From contig NC_135657.1 in assembly GCF_964188315.1 (NCBI RefSeq), positions 36,208,001 to 36,272,000 of the forward strand: a DNA stretch of 64,000 nt, given 5' to 3'. The translations under genes were made by a program, and so were the position numbers. The first letter of the stretch is position 1. Every line of letters begins with the position of its first letter. Positions 51,040 to 64,000 of this stretch are shown here, one piece after another. The notes beneath the pieces are model-generated. The model had not been told where the DNA came from, ran no database searches, and saw nothing but the letters and a program-made list of their open reading frames with translations. The DNA is from Podarcis muralis. Lineage: Eukaryota.

Positions 51040-51190
51040 TCCCACAACAGCCATTGGTTCACCTGGTGAATCTGTTGAGTCACTATTGTTCGTCTCAGTT
51101 TCCTCATCTGCAAAATGGGGACAATAATCCCCTATTGTCCGGGAGGTGCTGGCAGGATGACTAAGAAATGCTTCATCAAGAGCTGAAAAT
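51040..51190 (+). mobile_element. Old MIR/CORE-SINE fragment
   Basis: CORE signature CTCAGTTTCCTCATCTGCAAAATGGGGACAATAAT. Older Squam3/MIR-like pieces also lie at ~51510-51630, 52650-52750 and 58860-59045. Confidence 0.7.
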
Positions 51191-52761
51191 ACACTATTAT
51201 GTCTTTTAAAATCTCTGTTTAAAAAATCAGACAGGATAGCACCAAAGTAGGCATAATTAATTAGAGCAATCCGTTTCAAAATAAAATGTGTTTTTTTTTC
51301 CTGAGAGAAAGTTCCATTACAATGCCCAGTTATGAGCTGCAGTTGCAAATTTCAATCCAAAGAACAAACTGTTTCAAAGATGGTGGACTTGAACTGACTG
51401 TATGGGATGTTAGGCACTTAGAGAATCTGGAGCCAACCTTTGTGCTCAGATTTCTGGGATCCATCAGCTGATAGCCAGTGTTACCAGCAAGTGCTCAAAG
51501 CAGCTTACAGTAACTCACATCTTATCCTCATAATAGTGCTGCAGGATTGCAATTTGCCAGGGCCACCCAGCGAGCTTCATGGCTGAGCAGGGATCTGAAT
51601 CACATTCAAACCCAACCCTACCACTACAAATGGGGGGGGGGGGAGGTGTAAATCCTCTGTGGAGGCACATCATGTCCCTTTTCTAAAGTGCTTAGCTTGC
51701 TCCCCCCTCTTGATCACACCTGATCAGTTTCTTTGCTTTCTTTGTTCTCCACTTAGAAACACCAGACATCCGCCTCCCCCCCCCCCATTTTGTTTCAAAG
51801 GATGTTCCATATTCTAGAATTCCCCCCAACACCACAGAACATTGCAGAAGAAGAAAAAATATCACTGCACAATGTTGCTGGAATCTGGATTCAGCGAGCA
51901 ATTCCACTTCCAATCCTGGCTCAGTCCTACTTCTTCTTTCCCAATCAGTTTGTGCTCATTTCCAGTAGATCTGTTTTCATTTAGCGAGTTTCTTCTCTCA
52001 ACTCTCCACATTTCTGAAGTTGACAGTGGAAACCAAAGTGGAAGACTAAGGAACCACCTCAAAAGTAAAAGCTGATGAGGATGGAGGAACCGTTGTCCTT
52101 TGGGGCCATAAATACGCTTTGTGTGTCATCTTGGGTACCCAGTAATGTAGGCAAATAAATTACACGTTCGTAACGTGATTCTTTTTTAAATTATTTTTTC
52201 CCACTATAAAAAGCATTTATACAGGCCCAATGGAAGAGGAGGTGTGGAGGAGAGTGAAACCCTAAATGTGGAAACCAGGAGGGAGGGAGATTTAATTTTC
52301 CCTCCAAATAATACCATTATTAGGTCAATAACAGTGTTCTACACCTCAGCTCTCAAAGGCAGGTATCCTGTGATTGCCAATTGCCGGAAATCACAAATGG
52401 GGAGATTGCGACCGCCGTCAGGTCCCTCTTGCAGGTTTCCCATAAGCGTCTGAGTGACCACTGTGAGAACAGGATGTTCGGCTAAGTGGGCCATTGACCT
52501 GATCCAACAAGGGTCTTCTCATAGTGTGCAAGCTTTCATGTTCTGCAGAACTCTTCATCAGGCTAGGTGGCAAACAAAGCCGTAGAAAAGAGGGCGGGAG
52601 CAAAGACCCTGCAAGAAGCTTGAGGCGGCATGCACGCTTCTCCCCCCGCCCCAATTTAATCCTCGCAACAACCCTGTGAGGTAGGTTAGGCTAAGAAGCA
52701 GGGACTGGCCCAGGGTCACCCAGTGAGCTTCATGGCTGAGTGGTGATTTGAAGAACAACAA

Positions 52762-52996
52762 CAACAACAATATACCCCGCCCATCTGGCTGGGCTTCCCC
52801 AGTCACTCTGGGCAGCTTCCAAAAAAATATTAAAATACTGTAATACATCAAACATTAAAAGCTTCCCTAAACAGGGCTGCCTTCAGATGTCTTCTAAAAG
52901 TCTGGTAGTTGTTGTTCTGTTTGACATCTGGTGGGAGGGCGTTCCACAGGGAGGGTGCCACTACCGAGAAGGCCCTCTGCCTGGTTCCCTGTAACG
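52762..52996 (-). mobile_element. L2 LINE 3' fragment
   Basis: Reverse complement of the 55330-55570 region, with a (CAA)n tail. Confidence 0.85.
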
Positions 52997-53890
52997 TGGC
53001 CTGGTATCCAATACCAACACTCTGGTCTTAATCCAATACTAAAATCACTGCACCACACTGGCTCTCTCTCTATCTCCCACACTGACTTTTGAGACAAAGA
53101 GAGGGAGAAGGTATCAGACATTCAAATGTGCTTTGGATAGGTGCCATGAAAGTTCCAAAATGCAACAAGGCATGAATGGGAAAAGAAACATTTCCCACCC
53201 CCTATAGGCCAACACTGCTACCTTTACTTATAAATTATCTTGTTACCCAAAGTCTTTATATAGCAGATTGTGGGCTGCTAACCCTGATTCATGCCTTGTT
53301 CTTCACAGCCCATTGTTTTGTTTTGGCTACAAAACCATTTGTATCCCACTCCGGTTTTCCCGGAAAATACCTGCCTTCCCATTGTGGAGAAAACGGTCCT
53401 AGCTAGCGTGTGGCACACAATGTGGCTTTACTGACAGGAATTCCTCTACAGTTAAGATTCCCAGGGAGTTGACAGAGGTCTAAAGAAAACACGTTGGCCT
53501 GCTTTTAAAACAAGGAATGCTGGGGGGGGGGGGGAGAGAGAGAGCAGAACTACCTGTTAGTAGGGAAATGTGAGTTCCTGTGGCTCCCCTCTGAAAGTAC
53601 TGAGAACATTTCAAAGGGGAAATAGGCAGGCTAGTAGAGGGGGCTTCTCCCACTTATTTGCCTTCCTTCATTCTGTTTTTCTTTTTCTTTTTTAAAACAA
53701 TTTTTCTCCTTTAGAAGAAGCTGGTGTTAGGAAAAACAGTTCAGGGAAACATTTTCAGGGAACAATTAGCTAGCACCGGAAGGACTAATACCCCAAACAC
53801 ATACTTGTCAGTTTCCCCTACAAACAGTCCCTGCGTGGTTAATGTTAACTGCAGACATGTTTAGGAAATATGTCTATTACTTGTTTATTA

Positions 53891-54253
53891 AGGTAAAGGT
53901 AAAGGTACCCCTGCCCGTACGGGCCAGTCTTGACAGACTCTGGGGTTGTGCACCCATCTCACTTAAGAGGCCAGGGGCCAGCGCTGTCCGGAGACACTTC
54001 CAGGTCACATGGCCAGCGTGACAAAGCTGCATCTGGAGAGCCAGTGCAGCACACGGAAACGCTGTTTACCTTCCCGCCAGTAAGCGGTCCCTATTTATCT
54101 ACTTGCACCTGGGGGTGCTTTTGAACTGCTAGGTTGGCAGGCGCTGGGACCGAGCAACGGGAGCACACCCCACCGCGGGGATTCGAACCGCTGACCTTTC
54201 GATCGGCAAGCCCTAGGCGCTGAGGCTTTTACCCACAGCGCCACCCGCGTCCC
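53891..54253 (-). mobile_element. Sauria SINE, full length
   Basis: Near-identical to the 48927 copy. Perfect 14-bp TSD TTACTTGTTTATTA at 53877-53890 and 54254-54267. Confidence 0.92.
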
Positions 54254-54277
54254 TTACTTGTTTATTAGTTAGTTATA

Positions 54278-54281
<4 letters not shown>

Positions 54282-54331
<50 letters not shown>
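54282..54331. repeat. (CA)n(TA)n microsatellite
   Basis: Read directly. Confidence 0.95.
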
Positions 54332-54364
54332 GTGGGCAGCTGAGATAATATATAGTCCTGCCTT

Positions 54365-54790
54365 TCATAGAATCAAAATTTCAGAATTGTAGGGTTGAGT
54401 GAGTCATCTAGTGCAAACCCTGCAAATCGGGAATCACAGCTAAAGAATCCCTGACAGATGCCCATCCAACCTCTGCGAAAACCTCCATTGAAGGAGAGTC
54501 CACCACCTTCTGAATCCATTCCATTGCTGAAAAAGCTCTTACTGTCAGAAAGTTATTCTTAACATCGAGCTGGAATTTCCTCTATTGTCATCTGAATTTG
54601 TTTGAATCCATTGGTTTGGGTTCTACTCTCTGGAGCAGCAGAAACAAGCTTGCTCCATCTTCCACATGACAGCCCTTTGGATATATGAAGATGGCTATCA
54701 TATCTCCTCTCACTCACCTCTTTTCCAGGCTAAGCATACCCAACTCCTTCAAGCGCTCCTCATAAGGCTTGGTTTCTAGACCCTTTACCA
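54365..54790 (-). mobile_element. CR1 LINE 3' fragment
   Basis: Starts CATAGAATC (reverse of the CR1 tail) and contains the reverse complement of the CR1 ORF2 end (…GAGGAGCGCTTGAAGGAGTTGGGTATGCTTAGCCTGGAAAAGAG…). Confidence 0.88.
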
Positions 54791-55235
54791 TATATGCTTC
54801 CTAAACTCATATGAAATAAACTTAGGGCAGTGCCAGATGACCTGTATTCATCCTGATTTATTTGCAGGGAGATTAGATGATGCTGGCTATTTAATGAGCA
54901 CACATCCTGATTAATTTTTTTTATTTATCAAACTTATTACTCACAACTTACAACCAGCAATAAATAACACAGAGAGTAAAACCAGCATCAACAGAGAAAA
55001 AGCTAAAACTCCATGAGTATTTTTATGATTTCTTTGTTGGAAAGTTAGATGGCACTATGTCAAAAGAAGTGTGATCCAACACTTTCCTGTGCATGTTCCC
55101 ATCAATTTCCTTATAGCAAAAGGTCTGATCTTTAGGTTACTAGTAGTCCCCCGGTCAACTATAATTGCACAACCTAAATTTACTGATATGTTATTGAATT
55201 GCGTGCGCACCCCCTCCAAAATTGTGATAGTTGAA

Positions 55236-55578
55236 CGGCCTTGGCCCAGTATACCTAAAGAAGCATCTCCACCCTCATCATTCAGCTCAGACACTGAGGT
55301 CCAGTGCCAGGGACCTTCTGGTGGTTCTCTCACTGTGAGAAGTGAGGTTACAGGGAACCAGGCAGAGGCCCTTCTCGGTGGTGGCACCCACCCTGTGGAA
55401 CGCCCTCCCATCAGATGTCAAGGAAATAAACAACTATCTGACTTTTAGAAAACATCTGAAGGCAGCCCTGTTTAGGGAAGTTTTTAATGTTTGATGTTTT
55501 ATCGTGTTTTTAATATTCTGTTGGGAGCTGCTCAGAGTGGCTGGGGCATCATATAAATAATAAAATTGTTGTTGTTGT
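55236..55578 (+). mobile_element. L2 LINE 3' fragment
   Basis: Encodes GLGPVYLK...TLRSS...FSVVAPTLWNALPSDVKEINNYLTFRKHLKAALF, typical of the L2 ORF2 end, with a small frame break. Confidence 0.88.
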
Positions 55579-55699
55579 GGGTCCCACTTGTAGACTATAA
55601 CATCCAAAGTACTGTGGGAACATTCTCCCCTTCTTGCTGTCCCCATCGTTCAAGACCCTGTCCTGCACAGAATAATAGATGAAAAAAGAAGAATTGGTA

Positions 55700-55757
55700 G
55701 CCACCCAGAGTGGTTGGGGAAACCCAGCCAGATGGGCGGGGTATAAATAATAAATTA

Positions 55758-55808
<51 letters not shown>
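55700..55808 (+). mobile_element. L2 3' tip with long (TTA)n
   Basis: GCCACCCAGAGTGGTTGGGGAAACCCAGCCAGATGGGCGGGGTATAAAT followed by about 17 TTA units. Confidence 0.85.
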
Positions 55809-57596
55809 GCTAAGAAGGACTGCCTTTAACTTAACAGCATCTGAGGCACTGAGACAGAAGGCAGCACCTACAAGTCCTTTCCCCTTCCTCCACTGGACTC
55901 TTCCCAAGCAGGATAATGTGTATCAGGACAGGTGGGAAGACAAAGAAGGAGGGGTAGTGGTTGCTTCCCCCTGCCCTCCCCCAAACATTTAATAGTACGG
56001 TATATACGCAGCACAGATCTGAGCAAGAGGCTGGTGGTGATCTTAAACATGAGCTCACCCATCCAGAAAACTCTCCACTGAAATGAATGGCCATTGTATG
56101 AAAGTACACAGCATTTGTGTAAAGGGAGCTACTCTCTTTATACATTTCTTTCTTGGAATATATATAACAGGGATGAGGAAAGGGCTGTAACTCAGGAGCA
56201 TCTGCCTTGCATGCAGAAGGTCCCAGGTTCAATCTCTGGCATCTCCAGGTAGGGCTGGGAGAGACTCTTGCCTGAAACCCTGGGGTGCCAGTCAGTGTAG
56301 ACCATACCAAGTTAGATGGACCAATGGTCTGAGTGCAAGGCAGCTTCCTGTGGTCCTGTGAGGACACTGCAGTGTTCCCAATGGTGTTGGGCTCCAACTC
56401 CCATCAGCCCCAGCCAGCATGACCAGGGATGATGGGAGGTGTAGTCCAATAGCACCTGGAGGGCTGCAGCTTCTCCATCTGTTATGTATAGTCATTAACA
56501 CATCATATGATATGTGGAAATTCTCATAAACCGATAATTTCCTCCATATCTCGTATTCCTAATCTTTTCCCCAGATTGAAACGTTCGCTGAATGTGAACA
56601 TGTAACAGATTGCTTCCCTGGACACAGCTTATTTCTGTATTCATCTCAGATTGGGTGTCGTCCCTTCCCCTTTTGCAAGAAATTATGATATTACTATATA
56701 TCCATCTATTTTTAGCCCATATCCCCAGCAGTGTGCAAAGAGGTAAGGAAATAACATTGACTCATATTTCTGACACCTTGTCTTTATCCTGTATGGTTGC
56801 TTTTTTTGTTTTTTTTAAATGTTGTAAATCCAGAGTCAAGCCTACCAGTAATGATTTTTCCTTATGTGGTGAGTCAGGTCTCCAGCCCAGATAAAAACAC
56901 AACAGTTTTAAGAAAATAAATACTTTAAAAAGTATTCACACAACTTGTCATCACCATTAATGCCTTCAACAAGGATGGGAAATCTGTGAGGCCCTCCCAC
57001 TCCCATGAGTCTCAGCCAGTAGTGCCATTGGTAGAGACAAAGTCCAACAATATCTGGAGGGCCACAGGCTCCCCAACTCAGGTCTGCAGGATCCTTCTCA
57101 GTACTAACCTGTGTGATGGGAAGAGACCTTGTTTCCTTCTCTTCTCTCCCTCTGGTTAGGTCCTTATGCATTCAGATATCGAAGGTGTGATGGTGGGCAA
57201 TGCCCATCAGCGAGTGACCGAAGCTTTTATGACACTTGAGATGATCTGTTGGAGAAATTGACACACATGGTATACAACAGTGCAAAGGTTGTTCGTACAT
57301 TTTCATGCAGTGTGCTTGTGGATATGAAGAAGGCCAATCAAGGGTCATTTGTCCTCAGCCTCAAGCTCAAATGAGGCCCCAAATTAAGACAACTGTTTGG
57401 CGTTTGATATGTTTTGTGACTTACAAGAACTTAAGAATATGAGATAAGCCTGCTGGGTCAGGTTAATGTCCCATCTAATGCAGCATCCTCATCTCAAAGT
57501 GACCAATCAGATGCCTGTGGGAATCCTGAAAGCAGGACCAGAGCGCAGCAGAATTCTACCCACCTGTGATTCCCAGCAATTTGTATTCAGAGACAC

Positions 57597-57850
57597 AGAA
57601 GAAAAAGAAGAAGAGTTTGGATTTGATATCCCGCCTTTCACTCCCTTTAAGGAGTCTCAAAGCGGCTAACATTCTCCTTTCCCTTCCTCCCCCACAACAA
57701 ACACTCTGTGAGGTGAGTGGGGCTGAGAGACTTCAAAGAAGTGTGACTGGCCCAAGGTCACCCAGCAGCTGCATGTGGAGGAGCAGAGATGTGAACCTGG
57801 TTCCCCAGATTACGAGACTACTGCTCTTAACCACTACACCACACTGGCTC
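57597..57850 (-). mobile_element. Squam3 SINE nested in a CR1-tail repeat (57425-57910)
   Basis: Reverse complement of the 32835 copy. Host repeat sequence resumes after 57850. Confidence 0.85.
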
Positions 57851-60800
57851 TTGACCCACCACATACTTCCTCTGACAGCAGAGACAAAGCATGGACATCA
57901 TGGTTAGTGGTTACCTCCTCTATTATTAGGCAGAGTGAGGCAATTGTCTCTGACAGCAGTTGCTGGAGTGGCAATGATGGCAGCCCTCACCAAAGGAATT
58001 TCTCCTGAGCCTCCTTGCCACACCTTTCTGTTGGAGGTTAGAGTTGTGTATGCCGCATGGCCTTGCCTGCCCACCCACTATAACTATGCTATAGGTCTGT
58101 TGGAGGACACAATCCCACTGCTTGGCTTAAAGTAAAATCCAGCCGCCATCTTCCTTGTCCAAGTCTTATCTAGGTACTTCTTCAGATCCGGATCTGCAAA
58201 TACTCTTGTTGACCACTTCCCAAACACCCACTGGCAATGCTCTTTTGCTTTATGGTTCTGTCCTTGCAATTAACCACAGTAAAATTTTGGACAGATTGTG
58301 TAACGTCTGTTCCTCCAGAATCACTGCTACAAATCATTTACTTCTAACGAACTATTTCTATTTTGAAAAGAAACCCAAACAACTCTCCTGGGAGACATTC
58401 CCCAACTGGATTGCTGTCATGAAATAAACTCCCCACGGTGACCTCCTCCTTGGGTCCAGGGCTTTTCAGTTCACCATGGGAAAAGTCAATAGGAATCCGT
58501 TCCCATGTGCATTTCTTCACATATTCCATAATTAATCAAATGTTCATGAAGCTATCATAAAACAAAAGGCTGGTGTTTCGCAATAGTTCAACTTCCCTTT
58601 AAGTACTAAAATAAGCATCATGTTTGCAAAAGCATTTACCAAATCATCTAGTGAACACCGTTTTTCCGTATATCTAGAATTGTTCATACATGGGCTCTGT
58701 TTAAAATTTTGCTCAATAGAATTTGATTCTTCTCTCTTCTGCTTTATAAAATGAGCGACATGTCTTCTATCATTGCTTGGGAGAAGTCTTGCTAGTGGCT
58801 ATATGAAATCCTACATAGGCATACCTGAATTTGGAAAATGACCTGAGTGTGTGAATACTATTTAGAATGTTGGACTAGGAGCTGGGAGAACAGGGTTCAT
58901 TATCACCATGGAGCCCTGAAGCTCAATGGGTGTCCTTGAGGCCAGTCTCTGCCTCTTAGCACAAAATACCCCAGAGGACAAATGGGGAGAGGCAAGAAAA
59001 CCATGCATCCACCTTCAGCTCCTTGGAGAAAGGTGGGATATACATGTAATATAATACAATGTCGTTAGGTTCTCAAGGAAAGCTACTGATTTCTACAGAT
59101 CCTCCTTGGTGTACGTTGCGATATCAGAATCCAACACTGTTCCTTTATGCCATCTGATGATAGCAGCACTTGAACATCTGAGTAATCTAACCCTCTGCTT
59201 TCTTCTCTTTTTAACCACGGGTGTAAAACAGCATTAGTCTCTTTATCATCCCCTCTGCACATGTGTGGTAACTCTTTCTAGTGGTATTTCCCCCCCATAG
59301 CAGTTAGCTTTGTAAAGTGAGCAGAATGAAAAGACAAACAAAACTAAATAGCATCTAAGACAAGGCATTGTTCTCTGGAAGAACTTTGACGTGTAGCCGT
59401 GATGATCTGCATAACTCAGACAAGTTTGTCCACTTACAAGCATTGTGGTCATCTCAAACATAATGTCAGATGGGATAGCCCTTAATACACTTGCTGTTAA
59501 CCCTCACACTGTTGTAAAAGGTTTTTATACTTTTAAATAAAACTGAACTGCATCCTACACATTCGTCCTCCTCCTTTTTTTCTTTTCAGACTCAAATAGA
59601 CTGAGTAATTCCTTTTAAAACAATTGGCTTCACATTACACTTTAAGAACAACCGTCTTTTGAGTTAGTCTAGAGCCTTTCAACAGAAGGAGGGTACAGAA
59701 TGAAGGGGTAACATCACAGTAAAGCTGCCTTATATTGAGTCAGACCATTGGACATCAAGCTCTGTACTGTCCACACTGATTGGCAGTGATTTTCCAGTCT
59801 CCCATGGTCTGTCAGAGACTGAATCTGGGACCTTCTGCATGCATTGCAAATGTTCTACCCTGCAGCTCCAGGTAGCCAGTATAGACTTGCTTACCATATC
59901 TTAGCTCGCTCTTGAGACAATGATTTTCTCCCAAAGTGGCTCACATCAATAGAGAGGGGGGCGGGGAGGTTGCCATTGGGCTTACAAAAAAACTTCCAAA
60001 CTTCTCTGATTCTATGAAAACTTAAAAAATGAAAATGTGGAGTGGAGCGGGGGGAATGGCAGAGGACAGAGATAAGTATATAATAAGTGTCTGCTGGATC
60101 AGGTCAATGGCCCATCTAATCCAGCATCCTTATGTGACAGGTTCTCCCAAGACCTATCAGTCCCAGTGTTCCAAATGCATGGACAGAAAAGAAGGCCAGC
60201 TGGGAGGAGGGGCAAAGTTACCATAACAATCAGGGTCATTGATCTCAGGGACAGTGGGAGCCAGTAGTGCTGCTAGTAGGATTTACAGCCTACAGTCATC
60301 AAAAACTGCATGCATTTTGCTAGAGAGCAAAGAATGCTTATACTATCTAGCTATTTTGCTGATTGTGACCCTGAAAGAAAAACTGGCTTCGGGGAAACAA
60401 TTTGTGAATTTGCAATGAGAAACACCATAAAAATGCAAAGCTTTAAAGTGAACTGGTCTATTTATAAAATGTTTGAAGTCATGTTGATCCATTAGAACAA
60501 GAACAACAACAACAATCAAAAGATTTTATATATATAAAGATTGTTATTGTTTTCTTTATGGTCATGGGGGACAGATTTTAAAAAAGATTATGAGAGCAAT
60601 TTGCTTGTATGAAACATAACAAACAAGAACCAATAATTTTGAGTTTTTAAAATAGCCCCATTTTTTATTATCTTGTCAAAATACTGACAGGATAAAACCT
60701 TTATTAGAACCAGCTGAAAAGTTACAAAACAGTTAGCTAGGTTTATGGGGTTGTTCTTCAGGCTGGGTGATATATTAAACAAAAATAGCAAAAGGGAGAA

Positions 60801-61178
60801 GGATGTTGGCCACAATCTCTTTTCAGACATGCAGAAAATGTAATTTCAGAATTTAAATGGATACCTTTTTTTTTGTGACTCATGAGATTCTATGTATGGG
60901 ATGCAACTGCGGTGTCTATAAGGAAAGGAGGCCATATTGAAACTTTGTACTGGGCCTAAAAAAAGGGGATGCATAAACCCTTATGACAGAGGCCAGAGTG
61001 TTTTGCCATTGATGGGCAAGGATTTATGACTCCCAATTGTTCAACAGCAGAAACAGCACAGTGAGGTCTGTCCTCCCCAAATTATACCGCTGAAGTGAAG
61101 AAAATTTTGGGATAACCAGGAGTGGATTTTTATGTGGAAGGACAACAAACTCCATTCAGTAGTGGTATTGATGGGCTT

Positions 61179-61498
61179 GTTGTTGTTGTTTAGTCGTGTC
61201 CGACTCTTCATGACCCCATGGACCAGAGCATGCCAGGCACTCCTGTCTTCCACTGCCTCTCCCAGTTTGGTCAAACTCATGTTAGTAGCTTCGAGAACAC
61301 TGTCCAACCATTTCGTCCTTTGTCGTCCCCTTTTCCTTGTGCCCTCCATCTTTCCCAACATCAGGGTCTTTTCCAGGGAGTCTTCTCTTCTCATGAGGTG
61401 GCCAAAGTATTGGAGCCTCAGCTTCAGGATCTGTCCTTCCAGTGAGCACTCAGGGTTGATTTCCTTAAGAATGGATAGGTTTAATCTTCTTGCAGTCC
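61179..61498 (-). mobile_element. Bov-B (RTE) LINE 3' fragment
   Basis: MRREDSLEKTLMLGKMEGTRKRGRQRTKWLD...VHGVMKSRTRLNNNN. Probable TSD ATGGGCTT at 61171-61178 and 61499-61506. Confidence 0.93.
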
Positions 61499-62770
61499 AT
61501 GGGCTTAGAATTCTTTAATCCTAAATGGATATCTTTTGCATCAGTCTGTGGCCAGCGGATCAGGGTTTTAGTTAAACAGAAAGTAGATCCTGCAAGCCTG
61601 ACATCTGCCTGCTCCTGGATTAGATGCTCCAGTGCAGCCTTCCTCAACCTGGTGCCCTCCAGGTGTCTAGGACTCAAATTCCCATCATCATTGGCCTAGG
61701 TGCCTGGGGCTAAAGGCAATTGCACTCTAAAACCTCTGCGAGGCACTAGGTTGGAGAAAGTGGCTCTAATGCTAGTCTGGATCAACTTTAAACTGGGGAG
61801 GGGCAGAGAATTACAGCAAAGTACTGCAAATATTTGCTTTATTAGCCAAACTTTAGAAGCTGCTTTCCTTCCTTGTTCTAACACAAACTCTAGAAGTGCA
61901 TTGTTTGTACACCACAGCAAACGCTGCACTTAACAGCATTTGTCTGGAGAAGGAATAACCAATGTCACAATTATTTCCTTACCCTTTTCTGCATGGGCAC
62001 CATTTGCTTTATGAGCTCTCACTTTTATTTTAAGAAGGAAAGCAGGGGGCGAAGGTAACCTTTAAGAAAAATGGGATAAAGAGTAACGTGAATTGTTTTC
62101 CATCTTCCTATGACAGCAGTGGTTTATTTATAGCTGAAGACCAGAGGACGGTCCTCACGTGGCTATTGAAAATGAAAACAGTATGCGGGGTTTTGTTTTG
62201 TTTTGCTTTTGTGCTTTTGCAGTTAAAAAATCTCTCTCCGCATTCCCTAAACCCTTGTTATTGTAACCAGAGCCACATTTCACATTGCTACAATTGAGGG
62301 TTATGTAAATTCCAAGGATTTTAAAGGATAGGGCCTGCACACTCTGTGTTTGGCCACAGAGAAGTTGACACAAACGGTTACGGACAACTTTTTTGAGATG
62401 GAGGAAGGTGCTTGAATAAACTAAAAACAGATGAGAGGCACAGTGCAAAATTCAGCCTGAAGTGGAACCAAATGCCTTTGGGAGGGTCAGGTAATAACGT
62501 TTTCTTATTGGTTTCATTTCTACAGAAGAAGTTCAGGGTGGACAAAACAAACAAAAAACTGAAACACCTTCCAAGCCTTTCCCTGGATGTCCAAAAGCTT
62601 TATACTTCTTTAGGAGTTTAAAGGGACAACATATTGACTTTGTTGGTTTCAGTGGGCTGTGTTACTGCACTCAAGCCTTCTGAGCTTCCCATAGGCCTCG
62701 GGCTGACCACGGTGCAGAAAGAACACCAGACTAAATGATCCTTGGGCTATTCTTATGTCCTTAACCCAGC

Positions 62771-63026
62771 CAGGGGTCAGCAACCTTTTTCAGCTGTGGG
62801 CCGGTCCACTATCCCTCAGACTATGTAGTGGGCCAGACTATTTTGGGGGGGGGGGGGTTTGAACGAATTCCTATGCCCCACAAATAACCTAGAGATGCAT
62901 TTTAAATAAAAGCACACATTCTACTCATGTAAAAACACCAGGCAGGCCCCACAAATAACCCAGAGATGCATTTTAAATAAAAGGACACATTCTACTCATG
63001 TAAAAACACGCTGATTCCTGGACCGC
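62771..63026 (+). mobile_element. hAT (Charlie-like) MITE, right end missing, with an internal 71-bp-period duplication
   Basis: Left TIR CAGGGGTCAGCAACCTTTTT. Duplicated unit at 62875-62938 and 62946-63009. Confidence 0.75.
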
Positions 63027-63360
63027 AGCTTGGATTGGAGATTGGATTGGAGCTTAATTCTACCCCCAACACCCGTGGTGGGACAACACCCTTTACTACA
63101 TCTCAGGTTAGTAGGGTGGCCTAGGGCATGCAAGGCAGGGCCATGTGGCACACACAGATCAATCCCTGCTGCCACTCCTTGTCTCCCAGGGTTTGCCACC
63201 TAAGGCAGATGCCTCATTTTGCCTCATAGCAGGGCTGCCCCGTCAACTTTCTCTGCCCAAAGTGAACTGCCAGCAAACCCTATCATCGCAGTTGGGTGTC
63301 ATTATTATTAATTAAATTTGTTAGTCGCTTTATCTTGCCCAGGGCAACCCAAAGCAACTT

Positions 63361-64000
63361 TCTTTTTTTTTTCTGCATAATTTTTATTGAATTTCAAAAT
63401 ACAAAACACAAAACAGATGAGTCAGTATTCATATTGTTCACAAAAAGCAAAAAATAAGACTTCCTTCTGACGTTCCACGAATCTTCCAAAGTAATATTAA
63501 ACTATACATCCGCATTTCCTTGTTTGTAATGCCACAAGCTGTTCTCGTTCCTCTATTTTCCTTTGGCATTACCCTTACTTTTTACAGAGCACCTTTATAA
63601 CCCGCCAGTGTTATCTGTTCGTCCGTTAGATTTTCCAGATATTTCGTAAAGTTTTCCCAACTTTTAACAAACCTCTGATCTTTTATATATCTGATTTTAC
63701 CTGTCAACCTGTCCATCTCCACATATTCTAATAGTTTTGATCTCCATTCCTCCATTGTTGGTAAACTCTCTTGTTTCCAATTCTTAGCTATCAGGACCCT
63801 TGCTGCCGTTGTAGCATATTGAAATAGTTTGTAGTCCTTTTTCTTTATCTCTGTTCCTACCAAACCTAGTAGGAACGCCTCGGGTTTTTTAACAAAGGTG
63901 TATCTTAACATTTTCTTCATTTCATTGTATACACTCTCCCAGAACCCTTTGATCTTTTGGCATTCCCACCACATGTGGTAAAAAGTCCCCTCCCTGTCCT
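63361..64000 (-). mobile_element. L1-clade LINE 3' end (continues beyond the window)
   Basis: ORF2 C-terminus ...TFYHMWWEC...FW...AARVLIAKNWK...EW, 3' UTR, AATAAA and A tail at ~63361-63390. Confidence 0.92.
63582..63974 (-). CDS. Partial L1 ORF2 C-terminal (cysteine-rich/CTD) segment
   Basis: Open for at least 130 codons to its stop. The HMWWEC motif is typical of the L1 zinc-knuckle-like end. Confidence 0.8.
   Translation of the reverse strand: MWWECQKIKGFWESVYNEMKKMLRYTFVKKPEAFLLGLVGTEIKKKDYKLFQYATTAARVLIAKNWKQESLPTMEEWRSKLLEYVEMDRLTGKIRYIKDQRFVKSWENFTKYLENLTDEQITLAGYKGAL

Noticed and set aside
52156-52176. Small palindrome CACGTT-CGT-AACGTG
   Set aside because: Only 6-bp arms, with no supporting context.

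Overview
Vertebrate genomic DNA, most likely a lacertid lizard (Podarcis/Lacerta-type). This is inferred from Sauria SINEs, Squam3 (MIR-derived) SINEs, Bov-B, CR1, L2, L1, RTE-X and Penelope-like retroelements, and several hAT/Tc1-mariner MITEs. Nothing looks prokaryotic: no CRISPR, rRNA or true tRNA genes. Most six-frame ORFs are noise or TE fragments. The longest ORF (13424-14494, minus) is the GIY-YIG end of a Penelope-like element; its stop codon lies inside a minimal hammerhead ribozyme motif. A CpG island at about 45.3-46.5 kb carries a strong minus-strand splice donor at 46021, and several well-bounded minus-strand candidate exons lie downstream. About 46 kb of the window is therefore probably intronic to a minus-strand gene with a multi-exon non-coding leader, which I cannot name. 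Weak evidence suggests a convergent plus-strand unit ending near 12.85 kb. Best leads are the PLE hammerhead motifs, an orphan 63-bp-arm hairpin, the unnamed gene structure and nested young insertions.
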